From positions 17,719,265 to 17,783,264 of the forward strand of contig NC_081374.1 of the NCBI RefSeq assembly GCF_030684315.1: DNA of 64,000 nt, read 5' to 3'. The notes beneath the pieces are model-generated. The model did no database searches and was not told the DNA's origin. It saw only the letters and a program-made list of their open reading frames with translations. This DNA is from Stegostoma tigrinum. Its lineage: Eukaryota. Shown here in pieces: positions 1 to 9,752 of this stretch (position 1 is the stretch's first letter; the number at the start of each line of letters is the position of its first letter). The position numbers and the translations under genes were made by a program.

Positions 1-1640
1 GTTTAGCTCTGTTGTCCATGCTTGAATTAAGGCTGTAATAAGACCACAAGCTGAGTGGCCCTGGCAGAATCCAAACTAAGCATTGATGAATAGGTTATTG
101 TTGAGCAAGTACTGGTCAGTTGCACTGTTGATGATCCCTTCCAGCACTTTACTGATGATCAAGAGTAGGTTGTAAAGATGGTAATTGGCTGGGTTGGATT
201 TGTCCTGCTTTTTGTGTACGTAACTTGTCTGGGCAATTTTTGACATTGTTGGGTAGATGTCAGTGTTGTAACTATATTGAAACTGCGTGGGATGCAGCTT
301 GTGGAACAGAAGCTTTCAATCTTACTGCTGCAGTGTTGTCAGGGCCTGTAGTCTTTGTAGCATCCAGTCAATTCAGTCATTTCTTGCTGCCATGTGGAGT
401 GAATTGTTTGAAGCCTAGTATCTGTGGTGCAGGGACTTCAGGAGAAGAATGAGATGGATCATCCACTCAGCACTTCTGGCTGAAAATTGTTACAAATCCC
501 TTGCCACGTCTCTTACACTGTAACAGGAGAAGATAAGGTAGATAAAGATTGGAATTATAGAACTAGGGCCATAGTCTGAGGATTAGGGCCAGACCATTCA
601 GGAGAGAGTCTAAGAAGCACTTCGACACACACAAGGTGGTAGATGTTTGGAATCCTTTTCCACAAAAGGCAGTGGATGCTAGATCAGGAGCTAATTTTTA
701 AATCTGATTGCTTAACAAAAATTTATCGAAGGTGTTAATGGGTATGCGTAAAGGCAGGTATATTGAGTTAGGCCACTGATCACTCATGGTCTCCTTAAAA
801 GATGGAACAGACTCAGTGGGCTGAATAGTTTACTCCTATTCCTATGTTCCTATGTGCTGGGTGCTGCGTCACTGAGGATGGGATATTTGTGTAGCTGCCT
901 CATGTTTGGTGATCCACCACCGTTCATGTCTTGGTGTGGCAGGTCTTGAGAGTTTGAATCTTTTGGCTGTGAAATCACTTAGTCCTGTGCATCATTTTAA
1001 TGCTTACATTGTTTGGCATGCAAGTAATCCTGTATTTTAGCTTCACCAGAGTGACGCCTTATTTTTAGATATGCCTGGTGCTGCTTGTGGCATGTCTTTT
1101 GCACTGATTAATAAAAGGTCCACTGGCTTGATGGGAATAATAGTGAAGGATATGCCGAGCCATAAGGTTCCAGCTTGTGGCTGAAATATAATTCTGCTGC
1201 TATTGATGACCTCAATGATGACTAGTTTTAATTTGCTTGATCAGTTCGAAGTCTCTTCAGTTTAGCACAAAGGTAAAGCTGGGTAAGCAGCAAGAGGTTT
1301 CCTTGCCCATCTAGACCTGATGACTAGAGACTTCTTGGGGTGTAAAGTCAATGTTGAGGACTCCTCGGGCAGTTCTGAGCTATGTGTATACCACTGTGTC
1401 ACCATCTGTGCCCTGTCTGTCCTGTTGTTGGAGCTGGATATACCCAGGAATGGTGATGGTAGTGTCTGAGATTTTGTAAGGTATTACTATATCACAATGT
1501 TGCTTGACTAGTCCATGGGAGAGTTCTCCCAGTTTTGACCCGGGCCCCATATATTTGTAAGGAGGACTTTGCAGGGCCAACGAGTCTGGTTTTGCCATTG
1601 TTTCTGGCCCCTAGGTTAATGTCAGGTGATTTGTCCAGTT
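1..1640 (-). mobile_element. Degenerate non-LTR retrotransposon fragment (CR1/L2-group) covering the APE endonuclease region, interrupted by a CR1 3' fragment at ~520-855
   Basis: Minus ORF 1380..1598 (SKLGELSHGLVKQHCDIVI...DTTITIPGY...QDR..DGDTVVY) resembles the N-terminus of a LINE apurinic endonuclease. Surrounding sequence is decayed with stops; boundaries are approximate. Confidence 0.55.
520..855 (+). mobile_element. CR1/HER1-like LINE 3' fragment
   Basis: CR1-like C-terminal coding remnant (actagggccatagtctgagg...ttcaggagagag...gtttggaatcc) ending in a cctatt/cctatgttcctatg microsatellite tail. Confidence 0.6.
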
Positions 1641-1674
1641 TCATTCCTTTTGTTAGCACTATTGATACAATGGA

Positions 1675-1960
1675 TTTCTAGGTCATTTCAGAGGCCAGTT
1701 ACCCATTGCTGTTGGTCTGGAGTCACATGTAGGTCAGAATAAGTAAGGACAGCAGATTTCCTTTCCTAAATAACATCAGTAAACCAGATGGAGTTTTCTG
1801 ACAATTGTTAGTGCTTACGTTTAGAGCAGTTTTGTTTTAAATCCGGATTTTTAATTGAATTTGAATTTTATCATGTGCCATTATGGGATAGAAAGCCATG
1901 TCCCCAGATTAACCTAGACCTTAGTATTAGAAATCCAGTGGCATTGCCAGGATGCCACTG
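1675..1960 (-). mobile_element. tRNA-derived SINE, same family as 41662-42019, degenerate
   Basis: Reverse complement matches 41662-42019 (cattgctgttggtctggagtcacatgtaggtcag vs ctggcctatatgtgactccagacccacagcaatg). Confidence 0.6.
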
Positions 1961-2688
1961 ACTTCCCCATGAATTTCCTTGCATCCTTCACAGACATCAA
2001 CTATACATCTTGTGTGGGCACAAACACTACTTCTGGGAACAAAAACTCTCCCAATTTTGGGAGAGAATATATATTGAAGGGGAAAAGTTTTAGTGAAATG
2101 TGTTTTGTGTTGATTAGTAAGCTTGATTGGTTTGTAGCCCAGTGGAGCAACTGTGTACGTAAACAATAATGTAAAGACTTGCAGCAAAGCATGAAAGGAA
2201 CATTTCCAGGGTCAATTAAATATGGGTTAGAAGACCACACACACTGTGCTCTGGCTATAACCTCCTCCCATCCATGGTGCTTGTGTTTATGCAAAGTCAT
2301 TGCATTGTGTGTATTCCTCCTCTCAGTCATATTTCTTTTTGTGAAGATACTTGAACTTTTTTATTTCCTCTGTGCCTCAGTAAATGGGAAATTGCAACAA
2401 GCAAATAACAATGCACCAGCTGTGGGTTTTTAAAAAAGCAGGTTGGGTATTGGTGGGACAGCCACATCCTTCAAGTCACCTTCCATTAATACGCCAGATT
2501 TCAAATGGACTAACTCCAGGAAAACGTGCACTTCTGCTCTGAGGTCTCTATGATGTCAGGCTGTGGTCCTGTTCAAATGGAATGAAAACCAGAAAAACAG
2601 GCTTTGCTGGAACGTAGCAGCCAGTGTAATTTTTAAGAAGACTTAGGCTGTGGATGAGAGTTTGCTCGCTGAGCTGGAAGGTTCGTTT

Positions 2689-2728
2689 TCAGATGTTTCG
2701 TCACCATTCTAGGTAACATCATCAGTGA
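2689..2728 (-). ncRNA. Second hammerhead motif copy (inverted arm), GAAACGTC changed to GAAACATC
   Basis: Reverse complement of 2814-2853 with a single CpG-type transition in stem III. Confidence 0.6.
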
Positions 2729-2813
2729 GCCTCCGACGAAGCGCTGGTGTTATGTCCCGCTTTCTATTTTATGAATAGAAAGCGGGACAAAACACCAGCG
2801 CTTCGTCGGAGGC

Positions 2814-2853
2814 TCACTGATGATGTTACCTAGAATGGTGACGAAACGTCTGA
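2814..2853 (+). ncRNA. Minimal hammerhead ribozyme motif (PLE type)
   Basis: tca-CTGATGA-t-GTTACC(tagaat)GGTGAC-GAAA-CGTC-tga: intact core, 6-bp stem II, 3-bp stem I, loop-less palindromic stem III. Confidence 0.8.
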
Positions 2854-3367
2854 AAACGAACCTTCCAGCTCAGCGAGCAAACTCTCATCCAGAACTTCAA
2901 CCTGAGCTACAAATCTTCTCAAACTCACTTAGGCTGTGCAAGGAATAAAGAATAACATAGAGCTAATAACCACACAGACATGTGATTGTATGGACACTTT
3001 TACTTGGCGGGGTGACACAGGCAAATCTTTCTCGTTTTCCAACTACCAAGTCATTGAATCTTTCCATCAGGCAGAAAAAAAAATCTCCTTTTAAAATGGA
3101 GAAGCACACTTTTTCTGCACCCTGATTGCCTAATAATAGAGGTGGGAAGGGGAAAGAAGTGGCCCATGCTGTGGCTGTCCAGATTTAAGACTGAGTTGAG
3201 GAGAAACTTCCCAGTTTGGGAACAATCCCAAAGCATTTTCACTTTAAAGTCAGATTAACACATGACTGAGATAATGGGAACTGCAGATGCTGGAGAATTC
3301 CAAGATAATAAAATGTGAGGCTGGATGAACACAGCAGGCCAAGCAGCATCTCAGGAGCACAAAAGCT

Positions 3368-3395
3368 GACGTTTCGGGCCTAGACCCTTCATCAG
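3368..3395 (-). ncRNA. Minimal hammerhead ribozyme core in the pLTR (intact)
   Basis: Minus strand reads CTGATGA-a-GGGT(ctag)GCCC-GAAA-CGTC. Only ~2 bp of stem I are evident. Confidence 0.65.
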
Positions 3396-3514
3396 AGAGG
3401 GGGATGGGGAGAGGGAACTGGAATAAATAGGGAGAGAGGGGGAGGCGGACCGAAGATGGAGAGTAAAGAAGGTAGGTGGAGAGAGTATAGGTGGGGAGGT
3501 AGGGAGGGGATAGG

Positions 3515-4498
3515 TCAGTCCAGGGAAGACGGACAGGTCAAGGAGGTGGGATGAGCTAAGTAGGTAGATGGGGGTGCGGCTTGGGGTGGGAGGAAGGGAT
3601 GGGTGAGAGGCAGAGACAGGTTGGACTGGTTTTGGGATGCAGTGGGTGGGGGTGGGGGGTGGGGGGAAGAGCTGGGCTGGTTGTGTGGTGCAGTTGGGGG
3701 AGGGGACGAACTGGGCTGGTTTACGGATGCAGTAGGGGAAGGGGAGATTTTGAAACTGGTGAAGTCCACATTGATACCATATGGCTGCAGGGTTCCCAGG
3801 CGGAATATGAGTTGCTGTTCCTGCAACCTTCGGGTGGCATCATTGTGGCAGTGCAGGAGGCCCATGACGGACATGTCATCTAGAGAATGGGAGGGGGAGT
3901 GGAAATGGTTTGCGACTGGGAGGTGCAGTTGTTTGTTGCGAACTGAGCGGAGGTGTTCTGCAAAGCGGTCCCCAAGCCTCCGCTTGGTTTCCCCAATGTA
4001 GAGGAAGCCGCACCGGGTACAGTGGATGCAGTATACCACATTGGCAGAAGTGCAGGTGAACCTCTGCTTAATGTGGAATGTCATCTTGGGGCCTGGGATA
4101 GGGGTGAGGGAGGAGGTGTGGGGGCAAGTGTAGCATTTCCTGCGGTTGCAGGGGAAGGTGCCGGGTGTGGTGGGGTTGGAGGGCAGTGTGGAGCGAACAA
4201 GGGAGTCACGGAGAGAGTGGTCTCTCCGGAAAGCAGACAGGGGAGGGGATGGAAACATGTCTTGGGTGGTGGGGTCGGATTGTAAATGGCAGAAGTGTCG
4301 GAGGATGATGCGTTGTATCCGGAGGTTGGTAGGGTGGTGTGTGAGAACGAGGGGGATCCTCTTAGGGCGGTTGTGGCGGGGGCGGGGTGTGAGGGATATG
4401 TTGCGGGAGCAGAGGTCCTTTGCAGGTCTGGGAGAGGGAGGCTGTGAGCTGGGGCAGGCTGGATTGCAGTGCCTGGAGGTGCCGGCGCATGGCTGCAA
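3515..4498 (-). CDS. PLE ORF C-terminal part: RT-thumb/linker, Cys/Zn motif and GIY-YIG endonuclease (5' truncated, no RT core)
   Basis: NVVYCIHCTRCGFLYIGETKRRLGDRFAEH...VANHF...RRLQEQQLIFRLGTLQPYGIN matches the PLE GIY-YIG pattern (VY..YIG, R, H, E, GxN). The N-terminal ~30 aa come from the junction spacer. Confidence 0.8.
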   Translation of the reverse strand: MQPCAGTSRHCNPACPSSQPPSPRPAKDLCSRNISLTPRPRHNRPKRIPLVLTHHPTNLRIQRIILRHFCHLQSDPTTQDMFPSPPLSAFRRDHSLRDSLVRSTLPSNPTTPGTFPCNRRKCYTCPHTSSLTPIPGPKMTFHIKQRFTCTSANVVYCIHCTRCGFLYIGETKRRLGDRFAEHLRSVRNKQLHLPVANHFHSPSHSLDDMSVMGLLHCHNDATRRLQEQQLIFRLGTLQPYGINVDFTSFKISPSPTASVNQPSSSPPPTAPHNQPSSSPHPPPPPTASQNQSNLSLPLTHPFLPPQAAPPSTYLAHPTSLTCPSSLD

Positions 4499-4641
4499 GT
4501 GTCTGTTTCAGGACTTGCAGGGAGAAACGATTCTGAAGGGGCAAAGGTCCTTTGCAGGTCTGGGAGAGGGAGGCTCTGTGCTGGGGCAGGCCACCCACCC
4601 CGCCCCCGCCACAACCGCCCTAAGAGGATCCCCCTCGTTCT

Positions 4642-5405
4642 CACACCACCCTACCAACCTCCGGATACAACGCATCATCCTCCGACGCTTCCGCCATTTA
4701 CAATCCGACCCCACCACCCAAGACATTTTTCCATCCCCTCCCCTGTCTGCTTTCCGGAGAGACCACTCTCTCCGTGACTCCCTTGTTCGCTCCACACTGC
4801 CCTCCAACCCCACCACACCCGGCACCTTCCCCTGCAACCGCAGGAAATGCTACACTTGCCCCCACACCACCTCCCTCACCCCTATCCCAGGCCCCAAGAT
4901 GACATTCCACATTAAGCAGAGGTTCACCTGCACATCTGCCAATGTGGTATACTGCATCCACTGTACCCGGTGCGGCTTCCTCTACATTGGGGAAACCGAG
5001 CGGAGGCTTGGGGACGGCTTTGCAGAACACCTCCGCTCAGTTCGCAACAAACAACTGCACCTCCCAGTCGCAAACCATTTCCACTCCCCCTCCCATTCTC
5101 TAGATGACATGTCCATCATGGGCCTCCTGCACTGCCACAATGATGCCACCCGAAGGTTGCAGGAACAGCAACTCATGTTCCGCCTGGGAACCCTGCAGCC
5201 ATATGGTATCAATGTGGACTTCACCAGTTTCAAAATCTCCCCTTCCCCTACTGCATCCCTAAACCAGCCCAGTTCGTCCCCTCCCCCCACTGCACCACAC
5301 AACCAGCCCAGCTCTTCCTCTCTCTCTCTCTCTCTCTCTCCCCCCCCCCCCCCCCCTCCACCCACTGCATCCCAAAACCAGTCCAACCTGTCTCTGCCTC
5401 CCTAA
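4642..5405 (+). CDS. Inverted second copy of the PLE GIY-YIG endonuclease region (part of listed ORF 4146..5405)
   Basis: Same protein as 3515..4498 with ~9 substitutions. A 2-bp (ac) deletion near 4643 shifts the frame upstream, so the first ~165 aa of the 419-aa ORF are antisense or out-of-frame readthrough. Confidence 0.75.
5318..5356 (+). repeat. (CT)n plus poly-C tract
   Basis: Directly visible; absent from the left arm (3645-3668). Confidence 0.9.
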
Positions 5406-5629
5406 CCGGTTCTTCCTCTCACCCATCCCTTCCTCCCACCCCAAGCCGCACCCCCATCTACCTACTTAGCTCATCCCACCTCCTTGACCTGTCCGTCTTC
5501 CCTGGACTGACCTATCCCCTCCCTACCTCCCCACCTATACTCTCTCCACCTATCTTCTTTTCTCTCCATCTTCGGTCCGCCTCCCCCTCTCTCCCTATTT
5601 ATTCCAGTTCCCTCTCCCCATCCCCCTCT

Positions 5630-5657
5630 CTGATGAAGGGTCTAGGCCCAAAACGTC
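5630..5657 (+). ncRNA. Hammerhead core in the inverted pLTR, mutated GAAA>AAAA (5650)
   Basis: CTGATGA-a-GGGTCTAGGCCC-AAAA-CGTC; the conserved G12 is lost. Confidence 0.5.
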
Positions 5658-7089
5658 AGCTTTTGTGCTCCTGAGATGCTGCTTGGCCTGCTGTGTTCAT
5701 CCAGCCTCACATTTTATTATCTTAACACATGACTGGGTGTGTTAGCAGACAGTTGTTTAATCAAATGTCCAGATAACAACATTATGAAGATATGGCTTGA
5801 AATTGAGATATTAATATTGGGAGCAGACATATTGTTGCTTTCATTTGTCCTCAAATAGATTCATACTTCCTTTGAAATCAAGATAAATTGAAATTGTTGT
5901 TAATATGCCCTCATTCTAAACCTAGAGATTAGTTAGAACTTAATTTTCTTTTTTAAAAAAAACCATTTTACAGGATGTGGGTGTCACAGGCTAGACCAGC
6001 AGTTGTTGGCCATCCCATTCCAAAAAACCCTTCACAAGTGAAATTGGCTTCCTGATAACTGTTGACACATTTCCTGATGGTGAAGGTTATCAAAATATCA
6101 TTTTTTTAAAAAAAAAATTGATTATCAGAAGGTCCAGTCCATAGCTGGTCAGTTTATCAGTATCTCCTGAGTTGTGCTGGTGTTGAATTAGCTTCCATTT
6201 CTTTATTAGGCATAGTTTAATTTTAGGCTACTTTCAGTCCTGTCTCTGTGGGTATTAAGAGTTTGAAATCTACCGGTTATCTAGGCAGGATGATTAACCA
6301 TCATGTTCATGAAGCCACATGTGCACCAAACTGATTTTTAAGAGATTCTATGTACAGAATTAGATACTTTTTATAACCTTCTACAGTAAGTCTGAAAATC
6401 AGCACTGTTCTGCGATTTGTAACTACAAGTATTTTCCCACATTATTTTCCACATAAGTACTAATGGTTTAGAAAGCTCCTTTTAATTCTGAAGGATAATC
6501 CAATGATTAAACTGTCAAATTCAACCTCTAATGAAAAATTACTGTCACCTTAATTACCTTTTCTGACAAGAGACTGATGCTGGGTTATGAGCAGATCAGC
6601 AGAAAATTACACAAATGACCTCTGAGAAACTTGCAGTGTTAAGACCGGGCCCTGGGTGAAGTTCCCCCATTAACTATGGTTCCAGATGTCTACTCCATTC
6701 CTGTCTGAGGAAGGATGCACTTGCTCCTGTTTATTCACCCACCAGCTTTGCACACCAAGATGAATTTGCAAAGGATCACTTCTTCTTTTAGGGATACCTT
6801 CCTCCCAGGCCATATGAATTTGTGGTTTAAAATGAGCTAATTTAACTAGGTTTTATTACTGACTGTGAGAAGTAACAATATCACATGCACACATCAGAAC
6901 GAGTGCAAAAAATGTTAAAGGACATAAGGTTCATTGATTGTGAAGCTTATAGAATGGAAGGTTGATAAGTCATGAAGTCATTTTTCGGATTCTTGGCTTT
7001 GTTTGAAATTTTTTTGTCCAGCTTTTTTGGCTGGATTTCTGGCTCGTGGATTACTAGCATTCAGAACAAGATGATCCTTTGACCTGAGA

Positions 7090-7197
7090 AGGTAGGAACT
7101 GCAGATGCTGGAGAATCTGAGATAACCAGGTGTAGAGCTGGATGAACACAGCAGGCCAAGCAGCATCAGAGGAGCAGGAAGGCTGACGTTTCGGACT
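7090..7197 (-). mobile_element. Solo pLTR 3' end of a Neptune-type PLE
   Basis: ggaactgcagatgctggagaatctgagataac...gctggatgaacacagcaggccaagcagcatc...gctgacgtttcgg matches 3275-3377. Confidence 0.8.
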
Positions 7198-7350
7198 TTA
7201 TGGGTGTGACCTTCATTACCTATTAATGCTTGAAAACAGGCGACGTTTACCTCAGCTCATCACTGCACGCAGATCAGGGTTGAGCTGGTTTTTAACTTTG
7301 TTCTTGTGTGACTGTCCCTCTCAAACATACAAAACATGTTCCTCGTCTAG

Positions 7351-7526
7351 AGATAGTAAGGACTGCCCATGCTGGAGTCAGAGATAGCAGAGTGTGGAGC
7401 TGGACAAACACAGCAGGCCAGGCAACATCAGAAGAACAGGATGAAGAAGGGTCCCAATGTGAAACGTCAGCTTTCCTGTTCCTCTGCTGCCTGGCCTGTT
7501 GTGTTCATCCAGCTCCACACTGTTTA
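7351..7526. mobile_element. Older mini fold-back PLE pLTR insertion
   Basis: gtgtggagctggacaaacacagcaggccaggc is inverted against gcctggcctgttgtgttcatccagctccacac. Left-only tail agatagtaaggactgc... Degenerate TSD atgttcctcgtctag (7336-7350) / atgtccttcatctag (7527-7541), 12/15 identical. Confidence 0.7.
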
Positions 7527-7849
7527 ATGTCCTTCATCTAGGCTGTTACCATTTTCCCTCACCGTGTTCACAGCCTAAAGTAACTTCCAAGGTTCCCGTT
7601 TAGTTCATAGTACATTTTAAGTTCCTTTGAACTTCTTGGTACCTTTGTTGGGTATGTCTCACCTGACAGCCACTGAAATATTTTGGCTGTATCGGTTCTC
7701 TTTTTTTTTAAAAAGTAAAGCTGAAATTAAATTGTGATTTTTGTCCAAAGGTGATCTAGGGTTATGACTAGATTTGCCATGCTGAAATATAAATTCCTTT
7801 TATAATAGCTTTATTCCTTATTTAGTTTGCGGACAGCAATCAGTTAAGT

Positions 7850-7985
7850 TTGGTTTCAGTGACCCTTCCTTAGGAACTGCTCTGAGGAAGGATCTTGACC
7901 CTGTAACATTACCTCTGATTGCACTCTGCAGATGCTGCCAGACCTGCTGAGCCTTTCCAGCAATTTCCAGTATTTGCAGTTCAGT
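7850..7985 (+). mobile_element. Degenerate PLE pLTR fragment with a short central inversion
   Basis: gacccttccttag / ctgaggaaggatc inversion, then cagatgctgccagacctgctgagc..ttccagca shared with 8525-8622 and 58440-58670. Confidence 0.55.
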
Positions 7986-8524
7986 TCATTTGTAAACGGA
8001 ATAATGAATCCTTTTTAATATATGTACTTACAAAAATGGTTAATTTTCATGTTTTTCACACACTTGGAAATATTTAGACTATCAGGAGGTAATCCTTAGT
8101 TTGTTCTTCTATTAAGTGGTTATTTGGATTCCATTTGTGTATGTTTGAAAGTAATTGCCTGAACTTATTAGGGGTTTGCAAATTATTTTAAAAAATTGTT
8201 GACCACTCTTACATTCAATTCCAGACCACCTCTGGTGAACACTTGGACAGGCCAGCAAACTGTGCAGAAACACTTGCATATTTTGAAGAGAGGTGGTCCC
8301 TTTTATTACTTTAAAACTGTAACCTTTTGAGTTCATACATGAACTCAAACTACTTTGTGCCATGTATCAAGGGTCAACAGTAGTCTGTTACACTCCATGC
8401 GTGCTCACATTCTCCCACTCTGAAGTAAGCTCTGTTGGTATAACAAGAGCTTCTCATGATGCTAAGGCTCCTGAAGAAGAATAATATGATTAGTACTGGA
8501 GAGATTTTCCCAAGCATTAACATC

Positions 8525-8622
8525 GTTCTGAGAAAGGGTCACCGGACCTGAAACGTTAACTGTTTTTTCCATCACAGATGCTGCCAGACCTGCTGAGCTT
8601 TTCCAGCACATTTGTTTTTTGT
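8525..8622 (+). mobile_element. PLE pLTR fragment with a decayed hammerhead motif
   Basis: ttctgagaaagggtcaccggacctgaaacgttaac...cagatgctgccagacctgctgagcttttccagc. Confidence 0.6.
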
Positions 8623-9384
8623 TAACATTATTGTCGGATTTAGAATCAGAAATGTGACGCCAGATTAGGTTAAAATTGACAGTTTCAGGCCTTTCTAAAG
8701 CCGATCTAACAGGAAGTACTGTTTCATGCTCTGTATTTTATTGGATAGTGTGTAGTTTGTTACAAGTTTCGTCTGTATAGTTGTGTTCTGTTTAATGTTT
8801 ATCTAGGCTCTGTTGCATCAACCTGGAAGTAATTGAAGTTTATGAAAGGTATTGCATAGTTACAAATAATTTTTGGAAAAAAAGATATATTCTGATACCC
8901 CTAATGTAGTAAGGAGAAAAATGTCCTTAAATTTACAATCACCTTGTACCTTGTTATAGATGCAGCAATAAAATTTTTGCTAAGACGGTATGTTTTTTGT
9001 AAATTGTAACCATAATTAATATTGCCACATTGCACTTTGATACCAAAAGGCTATAGAAAAATTATATTGACGGTGATGCTTTTAAGTGATGTGATATGAG
9101 ATTTGGTAATTCTTGATTAATCCTGAAATTAAAAAGTGCTAGCTGTAACAGTTGGGTAATTACAAGACTGTTTTGTGTTATGCAATTCGTTGCATGACCC
9201 AACAAGCAACGTTCTATTCAAATAAATCTTCTGTTTAGCAGGAGGTAATATCCAGTTGTGCTACTGAGTGGTATTTACTATCCTGGTGTGTCTCTTGTGT
9301 GAGAAAATGTTATGTGGTGTTATATCCAGATGTACCTTTTTGGGCATTGAAAAAGCAGAGAGGAAGTTTTGAACTACAGCCCTC

Positions 9385-9752
9385 TCTCTCCACTGATGCA
9401 CAATAGCAGCAGTGTGTATGATTCACAGGATGCATTGCAGCCACTTATCAAGGCTCCTTTTGACAGCACCTTTCTTGAGATCCCATTATCTTTAGCAACT
9501 GGAAGGATAAGGGCCTCAGATACAAGTTCCCCTTCAAATCATGCACCAACCTGACTTGGAACCATATTGCTGTTTCTTTATTGTAGCTGGATCAAGATCC
9601 TGAAACTTTTCTCCCTGACAGCAATTTGGGTGTGCTACATCATGTGGATAGTAGCTATTCTGGAGGTTGGCATTACCACCTTAATGGCAGTTTAGGATTG
9701 GGCAACAAATAACTGCCCTAGCCAGCAATGCCCACACCTCATGAACAAGAAG
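9385..9752 (+). mobile_element. LINE 3' fragment (CR1/L2-group) with the gggcaacaaataactg..gccagcaatgcccacac tail
   Basis: Homologous to 33690-34050 and to the tail of the SINE at 41940-42005. Confidence 0.55.

Larger units (their letters stand above)
2651..2926 (+). mobile_element. Non-coding fold-back Penelope-like (Poseidon-type) insertion: 118-bp inverted arms plus a 35-nt tail
   Basis: 2651-2768 and 2774-2891 are reverse complements (116/118) with a 5-nt loop. TSD acttaggctgtg at 2641-2652 and 2927-2938. Arm sequence matches the 3' end of the GIY-YIG element at 37290-37720. Confidence 0.9.
3269..5721. mobile_element. Young palindromic Penelope-like element (Neptune-type): two inverted 5'-truncated copies with pseudo-LTR (pLTR) ends
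   Basis: 3302-4389 is the near-perfect reverse complement of 4596-5723. A 33-nt tail (3269-3301) is on the left only. 14-bp TSD ttaacacatgactg at 3255-3268 and 5722-5735. Both arms encode a Cys-rich linker (PCNRRKCYTC) and a GIY-YIG domain. Confidence 0.92.

Noticed and set aside
4146-5405. 419-aa ORF as a novel full-length protein
   Set aside because: Chimeric: antisense of the left arm, the spacer and an out-of-frame piece fused to the GIY-YIG region. Its openness follows from the palindrome and GC-rich composition.
3515-5405. GIY-YIG ORFs as homing endonuclease, UvrC or a prokaryotic defence system
   Set aside because: The pLTRs, hammerheads, TSD and vertebrate repeat context identify them as Penelope-like retroelement endonucleases.
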